Below, one piece after another: positions 49,762 to 50,488 of a stretch of DNA of 50,488 nt (the first letter of the stretch is position 1; every line of letters starts with the position of its first letter). The notes under the pieces are model-generated. The model was not told where the DNA came from and did not search any database. It worked only from the letters and a program-made list of their open reading frames with translations. The DNA lies in the NCBI GenBank assembly GCA_000708835.1, contig DF237541.1, positions 4,888-55,375 on the forward strand, read 5' to 3'. The position numbers were made by a program, and so were the translations under genes. The DNA comes from Klebsormidium nitens (taxonomy: Eukaryota; Plantae; Klebsormidiophyceae).

Positions 49762-50488
49762 TGATGGCTGCAATCGTCCCACCGCAGAATGCTTGAAAGA
49801 TTAAACTCTGTCTACCTGTACTGAAGGAATGCTGGTCGATCTTCGTCAGGATTGCTATCTCTCCTCCTCTAGACTCTGGGTCACACTGCAGATCTGCGTG
49901 AGAATTGAAGTGTCGGAAGACAGTCAGGCACATGGGCATGGATGCACTTGCTAGAACACACTATCAAAGCTTGCCTGATCTGTATTTGCCATTTTTCATC
50001 ACTCAGCGCGCCGAAGACAGATTTTGGGGTTGCGGGGAGCACCATTGTAGACGGCGACCATAAGTTTCAAAAGGCGCGGCGCTGGACCGAAGAGCCGAGT
50101 TGGGCAGTCGCCGGCACTCGGCCTGAGCGAGGTAATCATTACAACTCGTCATACCAGACTCATGTGCCTCTAGGCTCTTTTGACGGCGTGAAGGTCGGAA
50201 ATAAGGCCACTTATTTACCATAAGGGGCGACGATCTTGATGTAGAGACTCCGCTCTTACTGAGTCCATAATTCCCATTTCCCATTTTGATTTTAGTACTA
50301 AGAATTCTACAGGCGCACGTATTGTCCCACTCCAATCGTAATATTGCAACTAGCTCAGACCCATACGACTCACAAAGATTACATAGCCCCTCGGCCTAGG
50401 CCCTAATATCTCCCAATAAGCTGAGAGGAAAGTTCAGTATTACCCAGGTAGGTGTCAGGTGATCATATGCCAGGCCAGTAGGTGTACA

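Noticed and set aside
50000-50488. Possible start of an LTR or other repeat at the window end
   Set aside because: No paired terminus, primer-binding site or coding motif within the window.

Overview
Eukaryotic nuclear DNA with GT/GC-AG introns and GC3-rich exons, most likely from a streptophyte green alga of the Klebsormidium type. That assignment is inferred from codon style, intron sizes and land-plant-like genes, not from a search. Six intron-containing genes could be assembled by hand with consistent splice phases: UTP10/HEATR1 (-, 3223-14315), a TIC32-like short-chain dehydrogenase (+, 14850-20736, head-to-head with UTP10), an ELIP-like three-helix LHC protein (-, 22129-24800), an unidentified His-rich membrane protein (-, core 26838-29521, 5' end unresolved), PATROL1/DUF810 Munc13-like (+, 32755-42097) and a kinase-less type I membrane protein with EGF-like and GCC2/3-like Cys repeats (-, 43715-49761). 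The most striking unexplained structure is in the introns. Three different genes carry tandem, decaying copies of their own exon-intron junctions (2-5 copies each, at six loci), most of which retain intact AG or GT signals. Degenerate telomere-like tracts and a dense CATG/RY motif cluster between two convergent genes were also seen. No rRNA, tRNA, CRISPR array or recognisable transposase was found. All coordinates and counts were read by eye and may be off by a few bases.
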